Below, piece after piece: positions 26,500 to 36,227 of a DNA stretch of 64,000 nt. The stretch is from a virus: the IMG/VR virus record IMGVR_UViG_3300045738_002037, positions 1 to 64,000 of that record; one strand, 5' to 3'. A program made the translations under genes and the position numbers. Within the stretch, counting starts at the first letter, position 1; each line of letters begins with the position of its first letter. Below the pieces are notes generated by a model that did no database searches, was not told where the DNA came from, and saw only the letters and a list, made by a program, of their open reading frames with translations.

Positions 26500-27165
26500 T
26501 TAATACCATAATGGAGGAGCAACAGGTTTTAAACCAGGAAGATCTTGATGCGCCTTGGCGTCTTCAGACTCATCCGCAAACGCACCTGACGACCATAATT
26601 TAAAATCAACAGTAATATCAGATTTTAAGGGAAATATATGGCCGCTGCCGCCGCAAGGCTTGATGACACCCAAGTTAAAAAAATTATAATCAACATCATC
26701 GCAAACAATAGTTTCTCCATGTTTCACATCAATTGATTTGATTCTTGCCGACATTGGTTCAGAAGGATCCCCATGTCTCCACATTTTAAATTGAATCACC
26801 AATGCTGACCTATCAGTACGCGTAGGCGCACCGTCTACACCTTTTAATTGCGCAAAATAACCACGCAGTTTCTTAATATTATTAGAAACTCTTTGTGCGG
26901 TCCACACTCCTCCATCAACTATATACGTCCATTTTAACGATATATCGCGGGCACCTGAAGTTGAAAAAACAGCAACAGGTTCAACACCTCTCAATTCACC
27001 TTCTTCCCAGTTACCTTTACGATTGTCGCTGGTTATTTTAGGCGGAAATTGAAATTCCATATATGCACTATTGCCAGGCCCAGGTAACTTATCTATTTTA
27101 GCTGAAAATTGAAATAAAACACCCTTAATAAAACTGGTGTCCTGATTAGTGTAATTCATCACCAT
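26500..27165 (-). CDS. Tail tube initiator/baseplate-tube junction protein
   Basis: FQFPP.ITSD...W......G.EP...F..SG.R.I.L tube-fold pattern; follows the tape measure gene. Confidence 0.6.
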   Translation of the reverse strand: MVMNYTNQDTSFIKGVLFQFSAKIDKLPGPGNSAYMEFQFPPKITSDNRKGNWEEGELRGVEPVAVFSTSGARDISLKWTYIVDGGVWTAQRVSNNIKKLRGYFAQLKGVDGAPTRTDRSALVIQFKMWRHGDPSEPMSARIKSIDVKHGETIVCDDVDYNFFNLGVIKPCGGSGHIFPLKSDITVDFKLWSSGAFADESEDAKAHQDLPGLKPVAPPLWY

Positions 27166-27177
27166 TGGTCAAATTTC

Positions 27178-30100
27178 CTATGACATGTACTCATTTAATT
27201 CAGATGAGAGTCCCTCTTTCTTACCAGCCATACTCGGCAGATATCTCGCACAAAGTTCATAAATATCGTCGGCAGCAGAAGACTCACTAATTTTTCTTAC
27301 ATTGTCGTTAAGATCTACAAGCTGATCTCTCATTATGGCCAATAAAGCAACTTGGCCATCTGCAATTCCAGGTTCTTCGCCTTCAGTTGTAACTGCAACT
27401 TGAACTTGTTGTATTGTTTCTGCACGAACGACATCGTTTATACCAATTCGTTCTGCTTCCGACATTGCTGGCGCAACTTTAGCACCAACCGCCACATTAA
27501 CTCTTTCAGCAGCATTCTCCATCAAGTCAGCATGGTTTTCAACAGCTGTAGTTAACTTATCAATATCACTGCCAATATTTTGCACATTTTTATGAAAACC
27601 ATCTAATACAGAATTTAATTTGCTAAATATCGCCACAATTGCATTAACAGGACCTTTTAACGTATTGGCGGCAGTTTTAAATTTGGCCGCCACAGATTGT
27701 AATTTATCTGCTAAATCACCTAATTTGCTAATGCCCGACAATGCATCTGCAATTTCTGACCCAATACTTTTCATTTCTAATTTGGAGAGCATGGTCATCG
27801 CTTTGGCTAAAGTGTAAACACCTTTAGACATCTTTAATATATTATCGCTTTGTTTTACAAAGTCTTTTATAGCCCACGACAACAACTTCACACCAGCGTA
27901 CATTCCATATGCGGCGATTATTAAGAAAAAACTAGCAACAAACAATATAACACTAGCAACAAATAAAAACACCGAACCAACAATTAATGCCAAAGAACCA
28001 AGAAGTATTGCCGGTCCAGCTACTATTAAATTCTGACCAGCTTTTAGCAAATGCACACTGGCCTTTGCTAAATTATCGGCTCCCGCTACCATTTTTTCGC
28101 CTATACCGCCAATAAACATAGCAGTTATCCACAACAATAATGCGGCTGGCAACAAGACAATACCAGCGAGGAGCAAGGGAATCGCAGCCAGCAATAATGG
28201 TCCTGATGCGATAAGCAATTTCTCGGCTACCGGCAATAAATCAACACCTTCCATAGCCTTAGCACCACCAGCAAGCAATTTTAAACCAAACCCCAAGAAT
28301 ATAGCGCCAATACCTATGGCTAAAGCAGCAGGAGCAAAGGCCCAAGCAGCGACCCATAACATCCCAGCCGAACCCAACAACTGCTCTGCAACAGCTATTA
28401 AATCAACGCCCTTCATAGCCTTAACACCTGTGGCCAGCAATTTTAAACCAAACCCCAAGAATATAGCGCCAATGCCTATAGCTATAGCAGCAGGAGCAAA
28501 GGCCCAAGCGGCGAGCCATAACATCCCAGCCGAACCCAACAATTGGAGTGCAACAGCTATTAAATCAACGTCCTCCATGGCTTTGGCACCTTCGGCAAGC
28601 AACTTTAAACCATACCCAAGCAACATAGCGCCAATGCCTATAGCTATAGCAGCAGGAGCAAAAAATACTGCGGCGATAAGTAGCATTATACCGGCCAACA
28701 ATATCATCGGGGCCGCCGTAATAATTGCTACAGCAAAATCGATAAGTACCCCGCCAGACAATTGTACCAAAACATCAACGAATTTCTGCATTGCATCGGC
28801 TGCCATATTAATAGCCGATGCTATCAACCACACCGACACGGCAACCATTAACAATGTAACACCGAGAACTAACATCCCGACAGCTACTGGTCCTTGACAC
28901 AATGAACCCAAGAATATTAATATTCCGCCCAACACAAGTATCGCAACGGCAATTCCAGCAATTGCTGGCACAGCGGCCCAACCGACCTCAGCTATTATTT
29001 TTACTGCTTGCGCGAAAATCCACGCTGCTGCCGCAACCATCAATAGCGCAAGGGCCATCTGCATAATTACAATTATGTTAGGTGCTACAGCAGCTGCCAT
29101 TGTGTTTAACGAAGTTGCAATCGCAGTGCCCATTGTAGTGAATGTGGTCATGACTTTAGTGCCAAAACCAGTTAGGGCTGTTCCCACAGTCGCCATGGCT
29201 GTAGACGCAGTAGTGCTCAGCCACGCAAACGCCGTACCTATCCACGTAAGACCTGTCGCAACGGCAGTGCTGGTGGCCAACATATAAATGCCAAACGCTA
29301 TTAACCCAGCAACCACAGCATTTATAGCATCACCGGCAGTGCCCAACCCGCTCGTCAAATTAAACAACCCGCTCATAAGGCTGGCAATTTTCTGAATAAC
29401 CCAGGCAATCGGCTGAATAACCGCAAGGACGACTTTCATAAATGGTATTAATGCCTGCCCAACGAAAATCATTACAGTGCTGAAAACTTTCTGAAATGAA
29501 TCTTTCAACAGTTTCATCTGCCTATTAAAAGAATCAGAGGCAGATTCATTGGACATGGCTTGAGCCTGCGTTGCTTCCATCACTTTATTTAGATCTTCTT
29601 GGGTCTTTATAGTTATGCCCATTTCTTTGGCTTGTTCATTTAATTTATGCGACAAAAACATCGCATCCGCACTAACATATCCATACCCCTTCGCCAAAGC
29701 TTTTGCTGCTACCAGAGCCTGAGCTTTACCTGGACCACCCGCTGCTATCGTAGCATTTAAACCAGCTATTTGAGGCCCTATTTTTTGGGCTGATCTAGCA
29801 AAAGCAAGGCCCATATCCTCAACAGAATCAATAAGTACGCCGGAAGTACCTTGCATCTTCATCATAGCTACTTCATTGTTCATCATTTCATTGAACATCT
29901 GACTTCCGGAGTCGGCTGCCAGGCCCATTGACTTAGCCACACCATCAAACTGCGCTTTTAAGCTTGTAAAATCGGCAGCTGATCCTTCGCCAAACACCAT
30001 ATTAAGCAGGCCAGCACTTACTGCTGTGTCGCCCATTACCCTGTTCATGTCTTCAGTAGTCAAACCATTTTTACGCATAGCCTCAGTCATTTTTTCAAGA

Positions 30101-30756
30101 TGCGCTGTGGCTTCGTCCCCAGTCGTGCCAGTAGCCCGCAGTCTTCTCACATATGTGGCTAATACCTGAGCGCCAACGCCAGTTTCCCTTGAAGTTCTAG
30201 CAACAGCACCAGCAAGTTTATCTATTTCATCTCTGGGAGTTCTTACATCGGCCAAGGCTTTATATGCAGCCCTAGCTTCGGACCCCAGCACACCATATCC
30301 GCTAGATAACGTATTGGCGTTTATCGTTAATTGTTCAATGCCGCCATATGCACGATAGTTTGCGTCCTTAAAATCTTCTGTAATCTCAGTTGCTGATTCA
30401 ACAGCTTCTATGAAAGACCACATGCGCGAAGTAGCACTCATGATCTCCTTCGTGGTTTTTTTCACCGCTTTCGGCATTTTATCAAATTGATCATTACTCG
30501 CTTCACCTAGAACAACATCCTCGTCCAACAACTTATTTTGATCTTCATGCAGAAGATTTTTATCTTTTAAAGATTTCTGGATCTTGGCAAATAGCCCTAC
30601 TTGTTCATCGATCGTTTTAGTACCAGCAGCACCAGCTTTAGCAAAAGCTTCCTCTAAAGACACAGCTTCCCGCCCAAACTCTTGCATACTTGCAAAAGCA
30701 CTAGCTGAGTCCAGACTTAACTGGACGCTCAATGCATAAACGTTTGGGTCAGCCAT
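27178..30756 (-). CDS. Tape measure protein
   Basis: 1192 aa, Ala-rich helical with long hydrophobic repeats; in the tail operon. Confidence 0.88.
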   Translation of the reverse strand: MADPNVYALSVQLSLDSASAFASMQEFGREAVSLEEAFAKAGAAGTKTIDEQVGLFAKIQKSLKDKNLLHEDQNKLLDEDVVLGEASNDQFDKMPKAVKKTTKEIMSATSRMWSFIEAVESATEITEDFKDANYRAYGGIEQLTINANTLSSGYGVLGSEARAAYKALADVRTPRDEIDKLAGAVARTSRETGVGAQVLATYVRRLRATGTTGDEATAHLEKMTEAMRKNGLTTEDMNRVMGDTAVSAGLLNMVFGEGSAADFTSLKAQFDGVAKSMGLAADSGSQMFNEMMNNEVAMMKMQGTSGVLIDSVEDMGLAFARSAQKIGPQIAGLNATIAAGGPGKAQALVAAKALAKGYGYVSADAMFLSHKLNEQAKEMGITIKTQEDLNKVMEATQAQAMSNESASDSFNRQMKLLKDSFQKVFSTVMIFVGQALIPFMKVVLAVIQPIAWVIQKIASLMSGLFNLTSGLGTAGDAINAVVAGLIAFGIYMLATSTAVATGLTWIGTAFAWLSTTASTAMATVGTALTGFGTKVMTTFTTMGTAIATSLNTMAAAVAPNIIVIMQMALALLMVAAAAWIFAQAVKIIAEVGWAAVPAIAGIAVAILVLGGILIFLGSLCQGPVAVGMLVLGVTLLMVAVSVWLIASAINMAADAMQKFVDVLVQLSGGVLIDFAVAIITAAPMILLAGIMLLIAAVFFAPAAIAIGIGAMLLGYGLKLLAEGAKAMEDVDLIAVALQLLGSAGMLWLAAWAFAPAAIAIGIGAIFLGFGLKLLATGVKAMKGVDLIAVAEQLLGSAGMLWVAAWAFAPAALAIGIGAIFLGFGLKLLAGGAKAMEGVDLLPVAEKLLIASGPLLLAAIPLLLAGIVLLPAALLLWITAMFIGGIGEKMVAGADNLAKASVHLLKAGQNLIVAGPAILLGSLALIVGSVFLFVASVILFVASFFLIIAAYGMYAGVKLLSWAIKDFVKQSDNILKMSKGVYTLAKAMTMLSKLEMKSIGSEIADALSGISKLGDLADKLQSVAAKFKTAANTLKGPVNAIVAIFSKLNSVLDGFHKNVQNIGSDIDKLTTAVENHADLMENAAERVNVAVGAKVAPAMSEAERIGINDVVRAETIQQVQVAVTTEGEEPGIADGQVALLAIMRDQLVDLNDNVRKISESSAADDIYELCARYLPSMAGKKEGLSSELNEYMS
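28240..28665. repeat. 162-bp (54-aa) tandem repeat, about 2.6 copies, in the tape measure gene
   Basis: ATAGCGCCAAT recurs at 28301, 28463 and 28625; APAAIAIGIGA..LG.GLKLLA.GAKAM..VDL unit. Confidence 0.85.
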
Positions 30757-30762
30757 TATTCA

Positions 30763-32193
30763 CTAATTTCCACTGCCAGCGCCGTTGCTGGTTTCTCCAA
30801 GAGTAGGAAGTACAAATCCGCCAACAGGCACAGCTTTCGAAGGTCTTTCTGGGCCTTGCGTTTGATCATACCTAGCAATATAAACATCGGTTTCCCAAGT
30901 CCGCCGTTTTACTCGATGATGGAACCCATAAACCAGCCAATTGCCAGACATAAACCAAGGCTCATTATTGGCACCCCACCATTTCAAAAACACCGTATCA
31001 ACACCCAATCCCAGCGTATTGTCCCAAATACCATGGCCAATTACAGTAATCTTAGCTCTCATTAGCGCATTGGTCAAATTAAGGAACATACCACGGGGTC
31101 GCCCGTCGATATATTCCTCATATTTCATACCAATATCGCCAGCCGAATAAAGCTCTGGAATGCTAGTAATTGATGTCCAGCCCACACCACTGGACGGTGA
31201 TTTTGGATCTGGGTTCGGATCTGGCCCTTTTCCAACGTCGTCGTCCGGTTTGGTGAAAGCTTGAATTGATTTTGTCTTCGCAATTTTCTTTTTGTCCGTT
31301 GTTATATCTTTGGCAAATAATTTATCTTCTTTTTCATCTTTAATTTTATCGAGATAAGCTCCGGTGGTTGCCGAAATACCTGATGTTACAAGCTTAGTAT
31401 TAGTAATCGCCAGAGCATTGTCAGTTAATAATTCCCAACTACCTATGCTATCATGGCCTTTACTATGCCATACTGTGTAAAACGCACGTTGTTGAGACTG
31501 CAACTCATTTTGTTCTTTAATAATTAATTGTGGGCCTCCGTCCACAGGCTTGCCATCCATGCCTATGATCCAATTTGTTTTATTCGGCGTAACAGACGAA
31601 GACCAATCAACCAATGAACTTAAAAAAGTCTTAGGATCTTGCCGCATCATCCAAAATTTATTATCGTCAGAATCTTTTGTCTTGCTGACTTCATATTTTA
31701 CAGGACAATATTCGTCCAGCATTTGTTCCATTACTTTACTGACTCGCCCCTTATACATTTTGCCAGAGGCGTCTCCGGTATTTAAAAACCACGACGGAGG
31801 ATCAATCGCTATAAATTCTAAACGCCCCATATCTGCTGCTGCGCCGTCAGCACTTAATGACACAACATATGCATGTTGCGTTCTTGTTGATTTATCAGGA
31901 TAATTTATTTCTTTTTCATTATGCCAACGAATTTGAAATTCCATTAAAATTGGCAATTCATTTCTTGCATTTCGTAAATATTGTTGGTCTTCAGTGCCAG
32001 TGCCACCCATTAATTTGGTTAAAAGATTAAAATGAGAATCAAATAATGTTGCGCGAACAGTATACCCACCATTCGCCATGCCTTTAAATTCAAACTCAGA
32101 AAATGAATCACCCCAATCCAATGCCCCAGTTATATTAGGGAATCGAACAGTAACGTAAGGATTAGCTTCGGGGCTAGGAGTTTTTTCCGACAT
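30763..32193 (-). CDS. Baseplate hub protein (gp27-like)
   Basis: 476 aa; YKGRVS.V...ML; C-terminal SGNWLVYGFHH..W.T hub motif. Confidence 0.65.
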   Translation of the reverse strand: MSEKTPSPEANPYVTVRFPNITGALDWGDSFSEFEFKGMANGGYTVRATLFDSHFNLLTKLMGGTGTEDQQYLRNARNELPILMEFQIRWHNEKEINYPDKSTRTQHAYVVSLSADGAAADMGRLEFIAIDPPSWFLNTGDASGKMYKGRVSKVMEQMLDEYCPVKYEVSKTKDSDDNKFWMMRQDPKTFLSSLVDWSSSVTPNKTNWIIGMDGKPVDGGPQLIIKEQNELQSQQRAFYTVWHSKGHDSIGSWELLTDNALAITNTKLVTSGISATTGAYLDKIKDEKEDKLFAKDITTDKKKIAKTKSIQAFTKPDDDVGKGPDPNPDPKSPSSGVGWTSITSIPELYSAGDIGMKYEEYIDGRPRGMFLNLTNALMRAKITVIGHGIWDNTLGLGVDTVFLKWWGANNEPWFMSGNWLVYGFHHRVKRRTWETDVYIARYDQTQGPERPSKAVPVGGFVLPTLGETSNGAGSGN

Positions 32194-32479
32194 GAAACTA
32201 TTTTGGATTTATTATCAAGGTAATAAAGGTTCCAAATATATACTATTATTATATCTGGGTGACAAAGAAACTAAGTATTGTGGTTTGGAAACGCAGTTCA
32301 TCGTTGAGGTAGACAACAAAACCATACGTTCCTCCATCGATGAATTACATAAATTATCTTTGGATAAAAAGCTATTATGGATTAAAGAAAAATGTCCAGA
32401 ATCTTATAAAAATGCATATAGAGAATTAAAAAAAGATAATTCTACAATTATCGAAAAGTATTCAATAATTAACAAATAA
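32192..32479 (+). CDS. Hypothetical protein, 95 aa
   Basis: AGGAG upstream; TAATG-coupled to the next ORF. Confidence 0.65.
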   Translation: MKLFWIYYQGNKGSKYILLLYLGDKETKYCGLETQFIVEVDNKTIRSSIDELHKLSLDKKLLWIKEKCPESYKNAYRELKKDNSTIIEKYSIINK

Positions 32480-32979
32480 TGGTCCCCTTGCCACATATTT
32501 ATAAAGGAGATATTATGTTTGACAAATTCAAAAAATGGTGGAAAGATTTAGCCGAAGAAGTTAAATCAAAAACCAAGAAAATCGAAGAAAAATGGGAAGG
32601 CCCGTATACTCATAAAGATTTGAATATAGAAGTTAACACAGAAGACGAACACAAAACTGTCGCAAATATTTTGCGGATGAATGTAAAAAATGTTAATATA
32701 ACATTGGATAAGTTTAAAAATGATACAAAGCTTACGCCCGAACTATGGTCACCAAGAAAATACCAGCTAATAGGGCGAGCTTTACAGAAACGAATAAATG
32801 AATTAAATGAAGAAACCTTACGAAGAAAAAAAGCTTGGGACACTGTAGATGAAGTAGTAGAAGCAATGGCTTGGATGCGCGAACAGAGAGCCTACTCTAA
32901 CATCAATAAAGAAGCCAAGCGGCGCGAAATGGAAAGACTTATGAAAGGTGAATCATATAATGACCATTTATATCAATGA
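32479..32979 (+). CDS. Hypothetical protein
   Basis: Likely start at ATG 32515 (MFDKFKKWW) after AAGGAG. Confidence 0.7.
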   Translation: MVPLPHIYKGDIMFDKFKKWWKDLAEEVKSKTKKIEEKWEGPYTHKDLNIEVNTEDEHKTVANILRMNVKNVNITLDKFKNDTKLTPELWSPRKYQLIGRALQKRINELNEETLRRKKAWDTVDEVVEAMAWMREQRAYSNINKEAKRREMERLMKGESYNDHLYQ

Positions 32980-33631
32980 TAATTTCCATCATAATAAACA
33001 TTGGTCAATTGAAATCAATGAAAAAGAAAGAAAAATCACGATTGCAAATGGAAGAATCGGCACTAAAGGATATGCGCGGGAAAAACAGTTTACAACCACA
33101 GGAGCATTAATTAAACATGTGCAAAGAAAGATCCATGAAAAACTCGGTAAAGGATACCGCAAAATACCCAAAGACGAATTCGACAGACTAACACTGAGCG
33201 CGCAATTGCTCGGAACTAGAAATAAACTAGACAAGCATCATTGGATCAATTTAACACTGGTTCCGTCCCCAAGAAACGGCACCTTCACTGATAGTGGCCA
33301 CTATATTGCAACATGGGACGAAGTTGAAGACACACAAATTGCCAACCCCAATTATAGCCCAGCACTATTAATCTATTTTGTTACGCCGCATTCACATAAT
33401 GTAATCATTGCGACTGAAAACAATTCTTATGAGATAGCAAATAGGCCAACCGCCGTTGATGCAATCGGCGAATTAACATATTTAGAAGTTCCGACGCATA
33501 ATTTCAAAGGGCTAACGGCTGTTGAAATCACAAAAAATAATACGTACGGAGAGCCAAATACGTACGGAAAGCCACACGAATTATATGAAATGAGCCAAAA
33601 GATAAAATTGGCTTTATCTGCGATTCTTTAA
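32948..33631 (+). CDS. WGR-domain protein
   Basis: HHNKHWSIEI...ITIANGRIGTKG...F.....K...K..KGY fits the WGR domain pattern (W replaced by N). Confidence 0.75.
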   Translation: MNHIMTIYINDNFHHNKHWSIEINEKERKITIANGRIGTKGYAREKQFTTTGALIKHVQRKIHEKLGKGYRKIPKDEFDRLTLSAQLLGTRNKLDKHHWINLTLVPSPRNGTFTDSGHYIATWDEVEDTQIANPNYSPALLIYFVTPHSHNVIIATENNSYEIANRPTAVDAIGELTYLEVPTHNFKGLTAVEITKNNTYGEPNTYGKPHELYEMSQKIKLALSAIL

Positions 33632-34648
33632 TTGCGACATTCTTCTACGCAATCGCACCATCTCTCTATTATTTAGTCTATTAATATTAGATTCCATAAT
33701 CTCTTTAACATTGGCAAAATCGGTCTTTTCGCCAATTTCATTCCAATCTTTGCAGCCATATTCTTGTGGCGGCAGTGAATAATAAACCTTAAATCCATTA
33801 CTGTCTAACAATCGATAATTATGTATTACACTTTGCATTCCAGCTTTGTCATTGTCCGGCGCTAATATCACCCCGTCGCTAGGACCCAGTAATTTCAATT
33901 TCTTTATTTGGTTCGTAGTAAGTACCGCGCCTCCCGACGCCATAGTTTGATCTTTAAGCATATGCGCATCAAATATTGCTTCAGTGATTATGGCATAGGT
34001 GGCTGGCTCTACCATATCAAACCCATATAAAAAATCACCTTTAGATACGCCAATATCTGAGGAAGGAAATCTAAATATTTTATTAAGTCTTGACCGACTT
34101 TGCCAATAAACTAATTCCCCATATTCATAGTAAGGCCATACAACTTCCATTCCTCTATGGTGTAAATTATATAGTTTTATGTCATCTTTGAATACTCCTC
34201 GGCTGGCCAGCCATTTCTTTAATATATTCGCAACTTTATCTGAAGCATCAACCAGCCTTTCAGAACCATCGGGGAGAGCCACGGGAAACTCTTCCTCGGA
34301 CTTTAAGCCCTCTTGTGGGGTCTGAAGCCCCTCCAAATTCTTAAGGTTCACAAAGGCCCCAAGAACGGCCTTTGCTGCATCTTGAAAAGAACAATTTAAA
34401 TATTTCTGCACAAATCGCAAAAACGAACACTTATTCCTTTGTCCTGTTCTTTGATTTATACCGGCCCATTCATTGCCTCTCCAATCATGGCAGGTTCCCT
34501 TTTCGGGGTTAATATTAAAATGATATCCCGTGTCCCCATTAAAAGGATTATTTATAATATATTCCTCGCCGTCCTTGCGAGTTTTATAATCAAAATTATC
34601 TTCAATCCAAGAACGGATTTTAGAGGGCGGTATCTTTATATAAGCCAT
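33614..34648 (-). CDS. DNA primase (gp61/DnaG-like TOPRIM)
   Basis: YWQSR, LYGFD, ITEAIFDA, APDNDKAG, KDWNE. Confidence 0.88.
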   Translation of the reverse strand: MAYIKIPPSKIRSWIEDNFDYKTRKDGEEYIINNPFNGDTGYHFNINPEKGTCHDWRGNEWAGINQRTGQRNKCSFLRFVQKYLNCSFQDAAKAVLGAFVNLKNLEGLQTPQEGLKSEEEFPVALPDGSERLVDASDKVANILKKWLASRGVFKDDIKLYNLHHRGMEVVWPYYEYGELVYWQSRSRLNKIFRFPSSDIGVSKGDFLYGFDMVEPATYAIITEAIFDAHMLKDQTMASGGAVLTTNQIKKLKLLGPSDGVILAPDNDKAGMQSVIHNYRLLDSNGFKVYYSLPPQEYGCKDWNEIGEKTDFANVKEIMESNINRLNNREMVRLRRRMSQLKNRR

Positions 34649-34661
34649 GTATTATAAAATA

Positions 34662-35006
34662 CTATTTGCCCCAAATTGCGGTTTTGAATTCACTCCAACC
34701 GCCTGCGTTGCCCATTAGACTGTTAAGAATCCGCCCTCCCACTTGGTCGTCTGTTCCCGCTAACTTAAACGCTTTATCAGACAATTTATAGTGCCCTTCT
34801 TTAACGCCAACCAAAAGTTCCGCTTTATAAGCCGCCTCGAGGTCTTTTTCTTCTATTCCGGCACGATCACGTAAAAACTCACCCGTAAATACTTGCCCTT
34901 TAAGCTGCTTAAGATCTTTTGTGCCATGAGCATCGGCTATTGATTTAATGATCTTTTTTGCTAAATCAGTTTCATAGTGGGCTTCACATATTAGTGATAA
35001 TTTCAT
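34662..35006 (-). CDS. Hypothetical protein with MKLSLICE leader, possible winged helix
   Basis: Leader shared with 2857..3306; C-terminal LLVGVKEGHYKLSDKA resembles a wing. Confidence 0.65.
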   Translation of the reverse strand: MKLSLICEAHYETDLAKKIIKSIADAHGTKDLKQLKGQVFTGEFLRDRAGIEEKDLEAAYKAELLVGVKEGHYKLSDKAFKLAGTDDQVGGRILNSLMGNAGGWSEFKTAIWGK

Positions 35007-35016
35007 TATGTCTCTT

Positions 35017-35883
35017 TCAATTTACAGTAAAAATGAAACTTTTGCTTACTCTAGTGGAACCATCGGGCATTGTTATGGTAGCGCGATACTTATATGTTCC
35101 CTTATAAAACGAACTCGTATTAAGGTCATACCGCATAACATAAGGATTAGACCTGTATGACCCATGCCGCATGGCTATCACCATCGCTGCTTCCTCAACT
35201 ATCAATTCTTCGCTCATATTCCATATTGAAATAGTTGGTTTCAAGAATGGAATGATCGGGTTTACAAGATTAAAATTATAATCATACAATGGAAGAGGCA
35301 TAATGCCAACTTCCAGTGGCCTAGATTCAGGCTTATTGAACTTTTGATCTAAAGGTTCAAAACCAAACCTTATCGATTGTAAACCATCATCTATAAACCA
35401 TTCGTCAGGATAAATCCAAAATCTATGACAAGATGAAAGCAATAATGAGTCATAAGTAGCATTATCTAAATCGCACTCTACACCGTCGCCCGTAGGATCT
35501 GCAGTTCCTAAATCACCACAAGGATTATCAGCAAAATAATACCAAACGTCAAAATAAACATCTGGCACCGAGTATGTATCTGGCACACTAAACAATAAGT
35601 GATATTCACCTACCACAGCACCAGTTGAAACGCCAGCGGCCAAGGCTACGCCAGCTGAATCTACTCTTTTTAACGGAGATGGATAATAAGCATTAGCTGG
35701 GTCCACAACCGGCACCGTTGCAACTAAATTATGCGGTAAAACTTGCGACTTATAAATCTCAACATATCTTATAGCATATGGGTCCTTAGTGACACCATTA
35801 TTGCGAAATGTCACATTAAGATCTGCTATCTTCCCGCGTCTTGCAGAAATACGTGGGAAAGCGTTGCTATCTATTTTAGTCAT
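35017..35883 (-). CDS. Hypothetical beta-rich protein, probably virion
   Basis: 288 aa; GAGGAG SD; Ig-like C-terminus GTYKYRATITMPDG. Confidence 0.7.
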   Translation of the reverse strand: MTKIDSNAFPRISARRGKIADLNVTFRNNGVTKDPYAIRYVEIYKSQVLPHNLVATVPVVDPANAYYPSPLKRVDSAGVALAAGVSTGAVVGEYHLLFSVPDTYSVPDVYFDVWYYFADNPCGDLGTADPTGDGVECDLDNATYDSLLLSSCHRFWIYPDEWFIDDGLQSIRFGFEPLDQKFNKPESRPLEVGIMPLPLYDYNFNLVNPIIPFLKPTISIWNMSEELIVEEAAMVIAMRHGSYRSNPYVMRYDLNTSSFYKGTYKYRATITMPDGSTRVSKSFIFTVN

Positions 35884-35889
35884 TAATTT

Positions 35890-35912
35890 CTCCTCAATTT
35901 ATTTTTGAGGAG
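35890..35912 (-). promoter_or_regulatory. SD-sequestering hairpin overlapping late-promoter-like CAAAAATA
   Basis: Minus strand CTCCTCAA-AAATAAA-TTGAGGAG, 8-bp perfect stem covering the SD of the gene starting at 35883. Confidence 0.6.
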
Positions 35913-35924
35913 TTATATTATTAA

Positions 35925-36227
35925 TTATCGCCGTGCCCTAGACATGGACGGCATAGATGGCATAGACGGCATAGATGGTTTAGATATAGACGGTTTTGAT
36001 ATGGACGGCATAGAGCCGCGTTCTTTTTCCTGTTGTTTCTTAAATTCTTGTTCAAGACGCTTAATATACCAATTACGGTCTTCAGACGTCATTTGATTTT
36101 GCTCAAATAATGACAATTTGCCATAATGTTTAAGCTGAAACTGTTGTTCCATTATATTAAAATATTCACGTTCACACTCGTCCGGCGTTCGACGGGCGAA
36201 AAAAGGATTCTGAGATCGGTAATTCAA
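35925..36227 (-). CDS. gp51-like baseplate hub/tail assembly chaperone (start uncertain)
   Basis: F.L..Y...S..E...M...DR.WY..RL pattern; overlaps the 3' end of the gp26-like gene; annotated start is TTG; SMP/SKP repeat tail. Confidence 0.7.
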   Translation of the reverse strand: MNYRSQNPFFARRTPDECEREYFNIMEQQFQLKHYGKLSLFEQNQMTSEDRNWYIKRLEQEFKKQQEKERGSMPSISKPSISKPSMPSMPSMPSMSRARR

